Of a stretch of DNA of 62,156 bases, positions 28,809 to 37,123 are shown piece after piece. Numbering within the stretch: the first letter of the stretch is position 1; each line of letters begins with the position of its first letter. The stretch is taken from NCBI GenBank assembly GCA_036517535.1, contig DATDVS010000005.1, forward strand, positions 1 to 62,156, read 5' to 3'. A program made the position numbers and the translations under genes. The notes below the pieces were generated by a model. It made no database searches. It was not told the origin of the DNA and was given only the letters and a program-made list of their open reading frames with translations. Source of the stretch: Minisyncoccota bacterium (lineage in GTDB: Bacteria > Patescibacteriota > Minisyncoccia > Phycocordibacterales > UBA9973).

Positions 28809-28908
28809 GGTCTTTGACTAGTTGTAAAGTTTATAATGTTGAAAGTTTTTAAAGTTGAATTTATAACGCATTTACTTTATGACTTTATGAACTTGATGAC
28901 TTTCTACT
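28806..28908. repeat. 103-nt perfect direct repeat, copy 1 (ssb-rpsR spacer; built from R3 units in both orientations)
   Basis: Identical to 29378-29480, from the ATG of the downstream gene to the stop region of the upstream gene. Confidence 0.95.
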
Positions 28909-29380
28909 AAAACGGTATATCTTCCGGGTTAATATCTTCCTCTGGGTACTCGATGGAGTCTATCTCGTCAGGTCCTGCGGATGCCGGGCCTTTGGATGCT
29001 CCGCCCGCGCTTGATGTGCCCCCGCTCGGTGCCGCTCCTCCGCTGTTAGCCCCTCTGGGCCCGAACTGCGTTCGGTCCGCAACTATCTCAGTGCGGTATT
29101 TCTTCTCTCCACTCGTCTTGTCATCCCAGCTCCTGGTCTGCATTCGGCCCTCCACCAGCATAGAACTGCCCTTCTTCATGTATTGAGCAACGGTTTCCGC
29201 CTGCCGGCCGAAGACCACCACGTTGTGATAATCGGCTGACTCCTGCTTTACGCCGTTCTTGTCTTTCCAGACGCGATTGGTCGCCAGGGAGAATGAACAA
29301 ACTTTGATGCCGGAGGGCAACGAACGAAGCTCCGGATCGCGAGTAAGGTTGCCTATTACGATTGCTTTATTCAGGTACAT
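28907..29380 (-). CDS. ssb: single-stranded DNA-binding protein
   Basis: 157 aa; OB-fold N-terminus NKAIVIGNLTRDPELR, Gly/Ala/Ser linker, acidic tail EDINPEDIPF. Confidence 0.9.
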   Translation of the reverse strand: MYLNKAIVIGNLTRDPELRSLPSGIKVCSFSLATNRVWKDKNGVKQESADYHNVVVFGRQAETVAQYMKKGSSMLVEGRMQTRSWDDKTSGEKKYRTEIVADRTQFGPRGANSGGAAPSGGTSSAGGASKGPASAGPDEIDSIEYPEEDINPEDIPF

Positions 29381-29480
29381 GGTCTTTGACTAGTTGTAAA
29401 GTTTATAATGTTGAAAGTTTTTAAAGTTGAATTTATAACGCATTTACTTTATGACTTTATGAACTTGATGACTTTCTACT
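29378..29480. repeat. 103-nt perfect direct repeat, copy 2 (rpsF-ssb spacer)
   Basis: Identical to 28806-28908. Confidence 0.95.
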
Positions 29481-29485
29481 GGCAG

Positions 29486-30004
29486 CTAGACTGCTATCAT
29501 TGCGTCGATCTCTTTATCGATCTCTTCTTTGTTAATAGGCGCGGCCTCGCCTTTTTCCTCCGGTTTGTACATCGGGGCAATGCGCCTGTGCGGCATTTCC
29601 CGCCCGATGAACCTTTTGGAAGCTATGGTATTTTCCTTGACGGTCTTAATCATTAAAAATCTTATCAGGTTCGGATCGAGGTCGAGCTTCTTTTTAAGTT
29701 CAATCACATCCTCCGGATCCATGAAAAATTTCATCCAGCCAAAGTAGGCATTGGTGAATTTGTTGCGCACATTCGATATAACTTTAGTCATCGGGTATGC
29801 AAGCGGGATCATTTTCGGCATTTCATCTGCTATGGCCTCGCCACCAAAAGAAGAGACGGCCTCCTTGAGGTCCCCGTAATGGATTGACAGGTCCTCTGGT
29901 GCTATCGTGGGCACCAAAAGGTAGCCGAGCTCGTAAACTCGCGCATCTCCCTCCTCTATGGAGCTCTCTTTTACTTCAATTTCTGTATCCGACATGGATT
30001 TCAT
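29486..30004 (-). CDS. rpsF: 30S ribosomal protein S6 (with N- and C-terminal extensions)
   Basis: 172 aa; core VYELGYLLVPTIAPEDL...; conserved rpsF-ssb-rpsR order. Confidence 0.75.
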   Translation of the reverse strand: MKSMSDTEIEVKESSIEEGDARVYELGYLLVPTIAPEDLSIHYGDLKEAVSSFGGEAIADEMPKMIPLAYPMTKVISNVRNKFTNAYFGWMKFFMDPEDVIELKKKLDLDPNLIRFLMIKTVKENTIASKRFIGREMPHRRIAPMYKPEEKGEAAPINKEEIDKEIDAMIAV

Positions 30005-30035
30005 ACTAGCAAAAGCTCATTAAAAAGTAAAGGAC

Positions 30036-30860
30036 CTATATTTTAAATACTCTTTTGGCGTTTTGGATAATCGCTTCAGCAACCTCGGCTTCCGGCAAGC
30101 CCTTGATTTCCGCGATTTTTTTGGCCACTTCCTTCACGTATACCGGGTCATTGCGCTTGCCGCGGTGGGGCACGGGGGTCACATACGGAGCATCGGTCTC
30201 CGACATGATCATATCAAGCGGGGTATTTTTTATTACTTCGTCATAGTCATGGGTAAAAGTAATCACGCCGGTAAATGAAAGAGTAAAACCTAAATCAAGA
30301 AATTCTTTTGCTTCTCCCCATGTTCCCGCAAAGAAGTGTACATTGCCCCTGACTTTCGCGTGTTCTTTGAGTATTTCTAATGCATCGGCATATGCACTTC
30401 GGATATGCAGCATTAGGGGCTTATTAAATTCATTAGCAAGCTCTATCTGCGCTATGAAATTCTTTTTTTGGTTTTCAATGTAATCCGTATCAGCACGGTA
30501 ATAATCCAGCCCGCACTCCCCTATACCCACCACCTTCGGGTGCTTCAGTAGTTCGCGGTAAGCATCTTTATCTATTTTTTCTCCGCGCGAAGTAAATTCT
30601 TTTCCCTCCTCGCCCAGTTCTTTCTTATCATGAAATGATGCTCCGGTGTGGATGGGGTGCAGGCCCACGATAGCATACACGCCCTCCGGATATTTCTCCG
30701 CCATCTCCACCGCTTTGCGCGAAGTGTCTATCTGGGTGCCCACATTTATGATCCAAGTGTCATTCTCTAGCGCCCGCTTGAGTACTAGATCGCGATCCGC
30801 ATCAAAAGCGGAAAAATTCACATGGGAATGGATGTCTATGTATTTAGGTTCTTTTTTCAT
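30036..30860 (-). CDS. tatD: TatD-family metal-dependent hydrolase/DNase
   Basis: 274 aa; IDIHSHVNF, GIGECGLDY, LMLHIRSA, HFFAG, ETDAPY. Confidence 0.9.
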   Translation of the reverse strand: MKKEPKYIDIHSHVNFSAFDADRDLVLKRALENDTWIINVGTQIDTSRKAVEMAEKYPEGVYAIVGLHPIHTGASFHDKKELGEEGKEFTSRGEKIDKDAYRELLKHPKVVGIGECGLDYYRADTDYIENQKKNFIAQIELANEFNKPLMLHIRSAYADALEILKEHAKVRGNVHFFAGTWGEAKEFLDLGFTLSFTGVITFTHDYDEVIKNTPLDMIMSETDAPYVTPVPHRGKRNDPVYVKEVAKKIAEIKGLPEAEVAEAIIQNAKRVFKI

Positions 30861-30867
30861 AAATTAT

Positions 30868-30934
30868 ACCCCCACCTGATTTTCCCCACATTAAATTATA
30901 CCCCCTCCTAGCCTCCCCCTACATTAGGGGGAGG
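30868..30934 (+). repeat. R2 element (tandem degenerate 1.5 copies ending in perfect hairpin CCTCCCCCT-ACATT-AGGGGGAGG)
   Basis: ACCCCCACCTGATTTTCCCCACATTAAATTATACCCCCTCCTAGCCTCCCCCTACATTAGGGGGAGG; overlaps the last codons (PPPNVGGG*) of the DUF559 ORF. Confidence 0.8.
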
Positions 30935-31294
30935 AATAGTGAGTTCGTGTTTAATCTTTTTTAAAACTTTATCTATGTTAGCACTTATTTCCCTATTCCA
31001 AAAACGTAAAACTTTAATATCATGTATAAGTAAATAATTATCTCTTTCTTTGTCATAATCCTTATTTAATAAATGATGAGAACCATCTAATTCAATACCA
31101 AGTCTTCTTTCAGAACAATAAAAATCTAAAATGTAAGGTCCGACAGAATACTGACGAGTAAATTTATACCCCAAACTTTTTCTTCTTAGTTTCACCCAAA
31201 GCAACTCTTCGTCAACGGTTTCTGCCTTGCGCAAATCTTTACGTCGCGGTTTAAGTTTAGGGTCGTTATATAGAAACATATCTATAATCCCCAA
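30908..31294 (-). CDS. DUF559 (Vsr-like PD-(D/E)XK endonuclease) domain protein
   Basis: 128 aa; LRKAETVDEELLWVKLRRKSLGYKFTRQYSVGPYILDFYCSERRLGIELDGSHH. Confidence 0.85.
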   Translation of the reverse strand: MGIIDMFLYNDPKLKPRRKDLRKAETVDEELLWVKLRRKSLGYKFTRQYSVGPYILDFYCSERRLGIELDGSHHLLNKDYDKERDNYLLIHDIKVLRFWNREISANIDKVLKKIKHELTIPPPNVGGG

Positions 31295-31929
31295 ATTTTA
31301 GCTACTCGCTTCTCCCACATATCTTTTCGCTCGTCTAAAATTGTGGTCAGTTCCTCTGGGTCTTTAATCCTTTGAGACCTTTTTGCTACACTTTGGTCAT
31401 CTCGTTTAAATAAAAGAGCCAGCAAATCGGTTTTAATTGTCTTTCTTTTTTCTACGGATAATCCTTTCAGCCAAACAATATAGGCTTTTCGATATTGTTC
31501 TACTTTGCCTCCAATGGCTAGTCGAGTAAGCACACCAAGAATATGAACAATTTCAAATAATTTCTTTTCTCTATCAAAACCATCGAGGTAATTTAATTCT
31601 TGAGTTTTAATTATATTTACATTGGTTGGAACTAGGTGTATCGGTACTCCAGTTTTCAGAGTAATTTTTTTAGCAGTATCTAACATCTTAACTACGTATT
31701 TACCTTCACCCTCTGGTTCCCAACAATCATGCATGGCAATTACATCAAGGTCAGAATTTAAAGTACTATAACCCGCAACGGTGGAACCGTGTGGAACTAA
31801 ACCCACAAAATGAAGGTCATTTGATAACTCATCTTCTAATTTCCTCAAAACAGCTAGTTCTCTTTTATTTGGCTTTCCTTCGAAGTTACGAGGAATATAA
31901 AGTTTTTTGGTAAATGCGTCTGGGTTCAT
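31282..31929 (-). CDS. putative nucleotidyltransferase-fold (Pol-beta superfamily) protein
   Basis: 215 aa; HGSTVAGYSTLNSDLDVIAM matches the GS..(n)..DxD NTase signature; overlaps the DUF559 gene by 13 nt. Confidence 0.5.
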   Translation of the reverse strand: MNPDAFTKKLYIPRNFEGKPNKRELAVLRKLEDELSNDLHFVGLVPHGSTVAGYSTLNSDLDVIAMHDCWEPEGEGKYVVKMLDTAKKITLKTGVPIHLVPTNVNIIKTQELNYLDGFDREKKLFEIVHILGVLTRLAIGGKVEQYRKAYIVWLKGLSVEKRKTIKTDLLALLFKRDDQSVAKRSQRIKDPEELTTILDERKDMWEKRVAKIWGL

Positions 31930-31935
31930 TTTCTT

Positions 31936-31974
31936 CTCCCTCGCCCTATGTAGGGGGAGGGCTGGGGTAGGGGT
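31936..31974 (-). repeat. R2 element, short form, inverted relative to 30868-30934
   Basis: plus strand CTCCCTCGCCCTATGTAGGGGGAGGGCTGGGGTAGGGGT. Confidence 0.8.
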
Positions 31975-31978
31975 AAAA

Positions 31979-33418
31979 TCAATCTTTGCGTAAGAATAAT
32001 GGGGTCTCCGGCTTCTTGTTAGTCTTAATTAATTCTTTTAGCTTCACGTTGGTTTCTGGTAAAAGTGGGTTAAGCATGCGAGCGATGACATACAGCTCCA
32101 CTACCATTTCCGAAATTAATTTTTTTCCTTTTTCCGGGTCAGTTTTTACAACTTTGAACGGTTCGGTGGCCTGGATCTTCTTGTCGAGCTCCCCTATTTT
32201 ATGCCACACATAATCCGCTGCTTTTTTAATATCGAATGTTTCATAAATCTTGAAATATTCTTCGAAATCGCTTTGTTCTGGAATTTCCGGGCATTTTTCC
32301 AAATATTTCTCCGATAATGTAAGTATCCGCGAGGCTAAATTTCCCAGCCCGTTCGCCAAGTTCGCATTGTAGGCCTCCTTAAAGCGCTCCATAGTAAAAG
32401 GACTGTCTTCAAAAGAGGATATCTCGCGCAGGAGGAAATATCGAAGAGCATCCGTGCCGTATTCTTTTACGATATCCACGGGGTTAACCACATTGCCGAG
32501 CGACTTGGACATTTTCATTCCACCCTCGCCAGCGATGAAGCCATGATAAATGATTCTGTCTGTGTTTGGCAGCCCCGCTGACATCAGCATTCCTTGCCAC
32601 ATGGCTGATTGGAATTTAACCATGTCTTTACCCGCCATCTGCACTTTTTCCGCCTCTTGCCAGAATTTTTTGAAATTCTCTATCTTATTCGGCCACCCTA
32701 AAGTCGAAATATAATTCACAAAAGCATCAAACCATACATACATCACTTGGGTGTCGTCATTCGGCACGGGCACTCCCCAGGAAAAACGTTTTTTGTCGCG
32801 GGAAATGGAGAAATCTTCCATTGCATTCGCAACGTATTCAATTGCCTCATCTCTCCTCCACTCTGGAATAACTGATTCATTTTTTGAAAGATATTTTAAG
32901 AGCTCATTTTTGTAATTACTTAATTTGAAAAAATAATTTTCTTCCTCTATTTCTTCAAGCTTTAAGTTTATATGAATAGCGCAGTGCCCATCGACAATAT
33001 CTTTGTCCATTAGAAATCTCTCACAGCCCACACAGTAAAGTCCTTTATATTTTTTCTTGTATATATCGCCTTTCGCATCGCAGATTCTCCAGAATTCCTG
33101 AGCAGCTTTTATATGCTCTGGATCAGTGGTTCTGATAAAATTATCATTTGATAGATTTAAAAGTTTTTTTAGCTCCATAAACTTTTCCGCATAAAAATCC
33201 ACGTATTTCTGAACTTCCTTACCTTCCCTCAAACTTCCCTCCCAGATTTTTTGTCCGTGTTCGTCCGTTCCTGTACTGAAAAAAACTTCCGAGCCAGCGA
33301 GCCTTTTGTACCGTGCGATCGCATCCGCTTGCACCAGCTCCAGCGCGAAGCCTATATGTGGATCGGCGTTCACGTAAGGGATAGTGGTCGTTATATAAAA
33401 ACTTTTCTTTTTCTCCAT
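31979..33418 (-). CDS. metG: methionine--tRNA ligase (short form, no C-terminal domain)
   Basis: 479 aa; PYVNADPHIGF (HIGH position), Zn knuckle CVGCERF..., KMSKSLGN. Confidence 0.95.
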   Translation of the reverse strand: MEKKKSFYITTTIPYVNADPHIGFALELVQADAIARYKRLAGSEVFFSTGTDEHGQKIWEGSLREGKEVQKYVDFYAEKFMELKKLLNLSNDNFIRTTDPEHIKAAQEFWRICDAKGDIYKKKYKGLYCVGCERFLMDKDIVDGHCAIHINLKLEEIEEENYFFKLSNYKNELLKYLSKNESVIPEWRRDEAIEYVANAMEDFSISRDKKRFSWGVPVPNDDTQVMYVWFDAFVNYISTLGWPNKIENFKKFWQEAEKVQMAGKDMVKFQSAMWQGMLMSAGLPNTDRIIYHGFIAGEGGMKMSKSLGNVVNPVDIVKEYGTDALRYFLLREISSFEDSPFTMERFKEAYNANLANGLGNLASRILTLSEKYLEKCPEIPEQSDFEEYFKIYETFDIKKAADYVWHKIGELDKKIQATEPFKVVKTDPEKGKKLISEMVVELYVIARMLNPLLPETNVKLKELIKTNKKPETPLFLRKD

Positions 33419-33420
33419 AA

Positions 33421-34488
33421 TTAGTCTTTCTCCCGCGCCAGAGCTTTTCGTTTTTCAATATCCGAAACAAGCTCCATCACGAACACAGCTACCGGGATAG
33501 CGATTACCGCTCCCCAGAACGAAGCGACCTCAAAGCCGATAAGGACGGAGAGAATGATGACGATCGGGGAGAGGCCCACGATCTTCTTTATAATGATCGG
33601 CGCGAATAAAAATACTTCGAACTGGTGGACGATAAAGTATGCGGCCGCCACCATCAGTGAGGTTGACACCCCGCCGTCTAGATAGGAGAGGGCAATAGCG
33701 GGCACCACAGCCACCAGCACTCCGTAAGGCACCATCTCCATCAGACCCGCGATAATAGCCAGTATCAGAGCGTAATCGACGTCAAGGAGTGAAAGCATAA
33801 GGTATATGAGCACCGCTACCACGAAGCCAAGCAGCATCTGCCCCTTGACCCAAAGCGCGATCTTGCGGCGAGAGCGTTCCCAAAGGTCCACCACATAATT
33901 TTCGTACCTAGCCGGGAGAATAATGCGCAGAAAATTCTCTATGCCCTTCTCGTCAATGGAAAGATAGAAAGAAATAATGATGATGAGAATGAGATTGAAA
34001 ATTCCCCCGAAGGCCACCGAGAGTGTCTGGAAAAATCCCAAGGAGAGGTTGTCAATGAAAACTTTCGACACCGAGAAAAGCGAGGTGATGGAGAAATTGT
34101 GCGACAAATTGTCCACAATCTCTTTCGCGCCGGAAAAGGCGGAGCTTTTGAAATATTCGAGAAAAGAAACTCCAGGGAGGAAGGTGGAGAGCGTGGTGGA
34201 GAAATTATAAATTTCGGTGATCAGAAGCGGCGCAAACATGTAAAACAATCCGGCAAAAAAAATGATTGCAACGGCATATAAAATCGCCACACTGAAGGCC
34301 CGATTGAGCCCTCTTTTCCTGAAAGGCGGAATAGCGGACTCCACGAAAGAAGCTATGACGATGGAGGTAAGGACGATCAGCACCAGATCCCGCAAAAACC
34401 AGATCAGAAACAAGCCGACGAGAATGAGCACAGCCCGGACCATCGTGCCGGTCGATATGGAGATAGAGGTATGGCTAGTTTCGAACAT
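33421..34488 (-). CDS. AI-2E family transporter (UPF0118/PerM-like); start moved to MFETSH
   Basis: about 355 aa, 7-8 TM, topology and C-terminal half typical of AI-2E family. Confidence 0.65.
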   Translation of the reverse strand: MFETSHTSISISTGTMVRAVLILVGLFLIWFLRDLVLIVLTSIVIASFVESAIPPFRKRGLNRAFSVAILYAVAIIFFAGLFYMFAPLLITEIYNFSTTLSTFLPGVSFLEYFKSSAFSGAKEIVDNLSHNFSITSLFSVSKVFIDNLSLGFFQTLSVAFGGIFNLILIIIISFYLSIDEKGIENFLRIILPARYENYVVDLWERSRRKIALWVKGQMLLGFVVAVLIYLMLSLLDVDYALILAIIAGLMEMVPYGVLVAVVPAIALSYLDGGVSTSLMVAAAYFIVHQFEVFLFAPIIIKKIVGLSPIVIILSVLIGFEVASFWGAVIAIPVAVFVMELVSDIEKRKALAREKD

Positions 34489-34494
34489 ACGGGA

Positions 34495-34503
34495 ATAATA
34501 ACA
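34495..34503 (-). promoter_or_regulatory. extended -10 TGTTATTAT, 6 nt before ATG 34488
   Basis: minus strand TGTTATTATtcccgtATG. Confidence 0.5.
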
Positions 34504-34534
34504 TACAAATTCGCCCGGAACCAACCGGGGTCCT

Positions 34535-35803
34535 TTAAAACTTCAGCATATTTAAAAATTTTCCCTTATTGGAAAACGGACCGATGAGCGCCAGGTTAAG
34601 AGAACTGTCTTTGAAAATTTGGTTGGCGAGATCTTGGATTTCCGTGGCCGTGACTTTCCTTAATTCGTCCGCTTTGTGGTCGGCACTGACGAGCTCGCGC
34701 CGGAGCAGCTCCTGGGCCCCGTAGAAATTCGCGATATCATCACTCGATTCCAAAGAAAGCTTCATATTGCCTATCAGGCATTCTTTCACTTTATTCAATT
34801 CATCCTCGTTCACTCTTTCTTCTTTTAATTTCTTACATTCGGCAAGGACAGCGCGGACCACTTCCTCGATCCTTTTATTGTCCACCCCGGCGGAAATCTG
34901 AAAAAATCCATGGTCGGTGTAGGAGTCGTTATAGGCTCGCACGTAGTACCCCACCCCCATTTCCTCGCGGAGCTTGACGAAAAGCCTCGAGCTCATACCC
35001 CCGCCGAGCACCCCGCCGAGCACCGAGAGCGCGGGATTATTTTTATTGAAGAGTCCATAAGTGCGCACGCCGAGCACAAAGTGCGTCTGGTCGGTTTTCT
35101 TGAACTTTATCAGGGTGTGCGGCTTCTTCTGCGCTTCTTTTACCGTTATCTTCGGCCCTTTCTTGCCCCGCGGTACCTCATTGAAGATTTTCTTCACTTC
35201 CGCCAATACCCGGCCCTCCTTTACCTGCCCGGCCACCACCAGCACTGTCGCCTCCGGCAAGTAGTGGGCTTTTTTATATTCGACAAAGTCTTCGCGCTTC
35301 ATTTTCGTGATATTTTCTTTTCCCCCCGCCACGTTCCACCCGGCCGGCTGGTCGCCATAGAGGAGCTTCATCATCAGGTCCTGCACATGCCGGTGCGGCA
35401 TGTCCTCGTACATATTTATTTCCTCGATGATCACGCCCTTTTCCTTTTCCATCTCTTTCTCGGGGAAAATTGCGTTCAAGTAAATGTCCGAAACAATATC
35501 GAGAATTTGATGAAAGTGCTTGGCGTCGGACTTGGCATAGTATCCGGTGTATTCTTGGGCGGTGAAAGCGTTGTATTGCGAGCCTAGTGCATCGAGCTCG
35601 CGGGAAATGTCGGTCGCCTTCGGGCGTTTGGTGGTGCCCTTGAAGCACATGTGCTCGAGGAAATGCGAAATCCCGTTTAATTGCTTGGTTTCGTATTTAG
35701 AGCCAGCCTCAGCCAGTACTAATACTGTCACCGTAGGATTGTCTTTCATCGGAATTATTATGAGCCGCAGGCCGTTTTTTAGAACTTTTTTAGTAAGCTT
35801 CAT
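34535..35803 (-). CDS. M16-family (pitrilysin/insulinase-like) zinc peptidase
   Basis: 422 aa; inverted zincin motif HFLEHMCFKGT. Confidence 0.85.
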   Translation of the reverse strand: MKLTKKVLKNGLRLIIIPMKDNPTVTVLVLAEAGSKYETKQLNGISHFLEHMCFKGTTKRPKATDISRELDALGSQYNAFTAQEYTGYYAKSDAKHFHQILDIVSDIYLNAIFPEKEMEKEKGVIIEEINMYEDMPHRHVQDLMMKLLYGDQPAGWNVAGGKENITKMKREDFVEYKKAHYLPEATVLVVAGQVKEGRVLAEVKKIFNEVPRGKKGPKITVKEAQKKPHTLIKFKKTDQTHFVLGVRTYGLFNKNNPALSVLGGVLGGGMSSRLFVKLREEMGVGYYVRAYNDSYTDHGFFQISAGVDNKRIEEVVRAVLAECKKLKEERVNEDELNKVKECLIGNMKLSLESSDDIANFYGAQELLRRELVSADHKADELRKVTATEIQDLANQIFKDSSLNLALIGPFSNKGKFLNMLKF

Positions 35804-35809
35804 TTTTTC

Positions 35810-35820
35810 ATTCTAGCACA
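35810..35820 (-). promoter_or_regulatory. extended -10 TGTGCTAGAAT, 6 nt before ATG 35803
   Basis: minus strand TGTGCTAGAATgaaaaaATG. Confidence 0.5.
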
Positions 35821-35823
35821 CTA

Positions 35824-35879
35824 CCTCACCCGGCCTTCAGCCACCCTCTCCTTGACAAGGAGAGGGGCTGGGGGTGAGG
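35824..35879. repeat. R2 element, long form with internal deletion, copy C
   Basis: CCTCACCCGGCCTTCAGCCACCCTCTCCTTGACAAGGAGAGGGGCTGGGGGTGAGG. Confidence 0.85.
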
Positions 35880-35880
35880 T

Positions 35881-37092
35881 CTAGATTCTAGACTTAATAT
35901 AATTTTCCAAATCTTTTACTTTTATGCGCTCTTGATTGCCGCTGTCGCGGTCGCGGACGGTCACCGTGTCGTCGGTCAGGGTATCGAAGTCAATGACGAT
36001 ACAGAAAGGCGTGCCGATCTCGTCCTGACGGCGGTAGCGCTTGCCGATGTTGCCGTTGTCGTCCCAGGCCACCCGGCCGAACAGAGCCTTGAGCGGCGCA
36101 AAAACTTTTACATTCGCATACTCCACGAGCTCCGGCTTGTTCTTCAAAAGTGGCGACACGGCGCAAATCACCGGCGCAATATTTGGCTTGAATTTTAAAT
36201 AGGATCTCGCCTCTCCGTCCTTCTCGTCTTCCGCATAGGCAGACACAAGAAGCGCCAAGATCGCCCGATCAACCCCCATCGATGGCTCAATCACATGCGG
36301 CACCATCTTCTCACTCTTTTCCTCATCGACATAATCAAGGTTGTGTTTGGTTAAATCAAAACCTCCCCGATACGCGAGGCCAAAAAGTTCTTTTCTGCCA
36401 AACGGATATTCAAATTCGAAATCAACTGTCCTCTTTGAGTAGTGGGCGCGGTCAGTATCTGGTACTTCAAGCTCGTGCACTTTACCCATATCGAGCCCTA
36501 CCTCCTCCATCCACTCAAGCATCTCCCCCCGCCAATATTCGAAATATTTCTCCCAGTCTTCCGGCCTTATAAAATATTCTATCTCCATCTGCTCGAACTC
36601 CCTCTGACGGAATATAAAATCCCGCGGAGCGATCTCGTTCCGGAAAGCCTTGCCGATCTGCGCGATGCCGAATGGCAGCTTCGGGTGAAAAGCATCCACC
36701 GTGTTTTTAAAATTTACAAATATCCCCTGAGCTGTTTCGGGGCGGAGATACGACAAGGTGGCTTCCTCGCCAGCGCCCACTTGAGTTTTGAACATGACAT
36801 TAAACTGCTTACCATTCGGCAGCGGGTCGGAAAACCCGGCCACATGTCCGGATGCTTCCCAAGCCTTCGGATTCATAATTATGGCCGCATCCATACCGTA
36901 CACATCGCGCCTAGAGTCTACGAATTTTTTCCACCAATTTTGCTTTAGATTATTTTTTAATGCGACTCCGAAATGCCCCCAGTCGAAAGTTCCCGCCAGT
37001 CCGCCGTAAATTTCCGAGCCCTGGAAAACAAATCCCCGCCTTTTGCAAAGTGAAACTATTTTCTCCATTAAATTATTTTCTTCTTTTTCCAC
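35881..37092 (-). CDS. glyQS: glycine--tRNA ligase (alpha2-type, reduced)
   Basis: 403 aa; RRGFVFQGSEIYGG, YLRPETAQGIF, FRNEIAPR, GVDR; start GTG 37092 or ATG 37068. Confidence 0.9.
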   Translation of the reverse strand: MEKEENNLMEKIVSLCKRRGFVFQGSEIYGGLAGTFDWGHFGVALKNNLKQNWWKKFVDSRRDVYGMDAAIIMNPKAWEASGHVAGFSDPLPNGKQFNVMFKTQVGAGEEATLSYLRPETAQGIFVNFKNTVDAFHPKLPFGIAQIGKAFRNEIAPRDFIFRQREFEQMEIEYFIRPEDWEKYFEYWRGEMLEWMEEVGLDMGKVHELEVPDTDRAHYSKRTVDFEFEYPFGRKELFGLAYRGGFDLTKHNLDYVDEEKSEKMVPHVIEPSMGVDRAILALLVSAYAEDEKDGEARSYLKFKPNIAPVICAVSPLLKNKPELVEYANVKVFAPLKALFGRVAWDDNGNIGKRYRRQDEIGTPFCIVIDFDTLTDDTVTVRDRDSGNQERIKVKDLENYIKSRI

Positions 37093-37123
37093 TTTATAAC
37101 TTTCTACTTTATGAACTTTATAA
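37093..37123 (-). repeat. R3 AT-rich element forming the whole spacer between the 646-aa gene and glyQS
   Basis: minus strand TTATAAAGTTCATAAAGTAGAAAGTTATAAAG. Confidence 0.75.

Noticed and set aside
29408-29656. 82-aa plus-strand ORF starting inside the 103-nt repeat, and its twin near 28838.
   Set aside because: It is created by the AT-rich repeat and then runs antisense to rpsF. There is no independent support.
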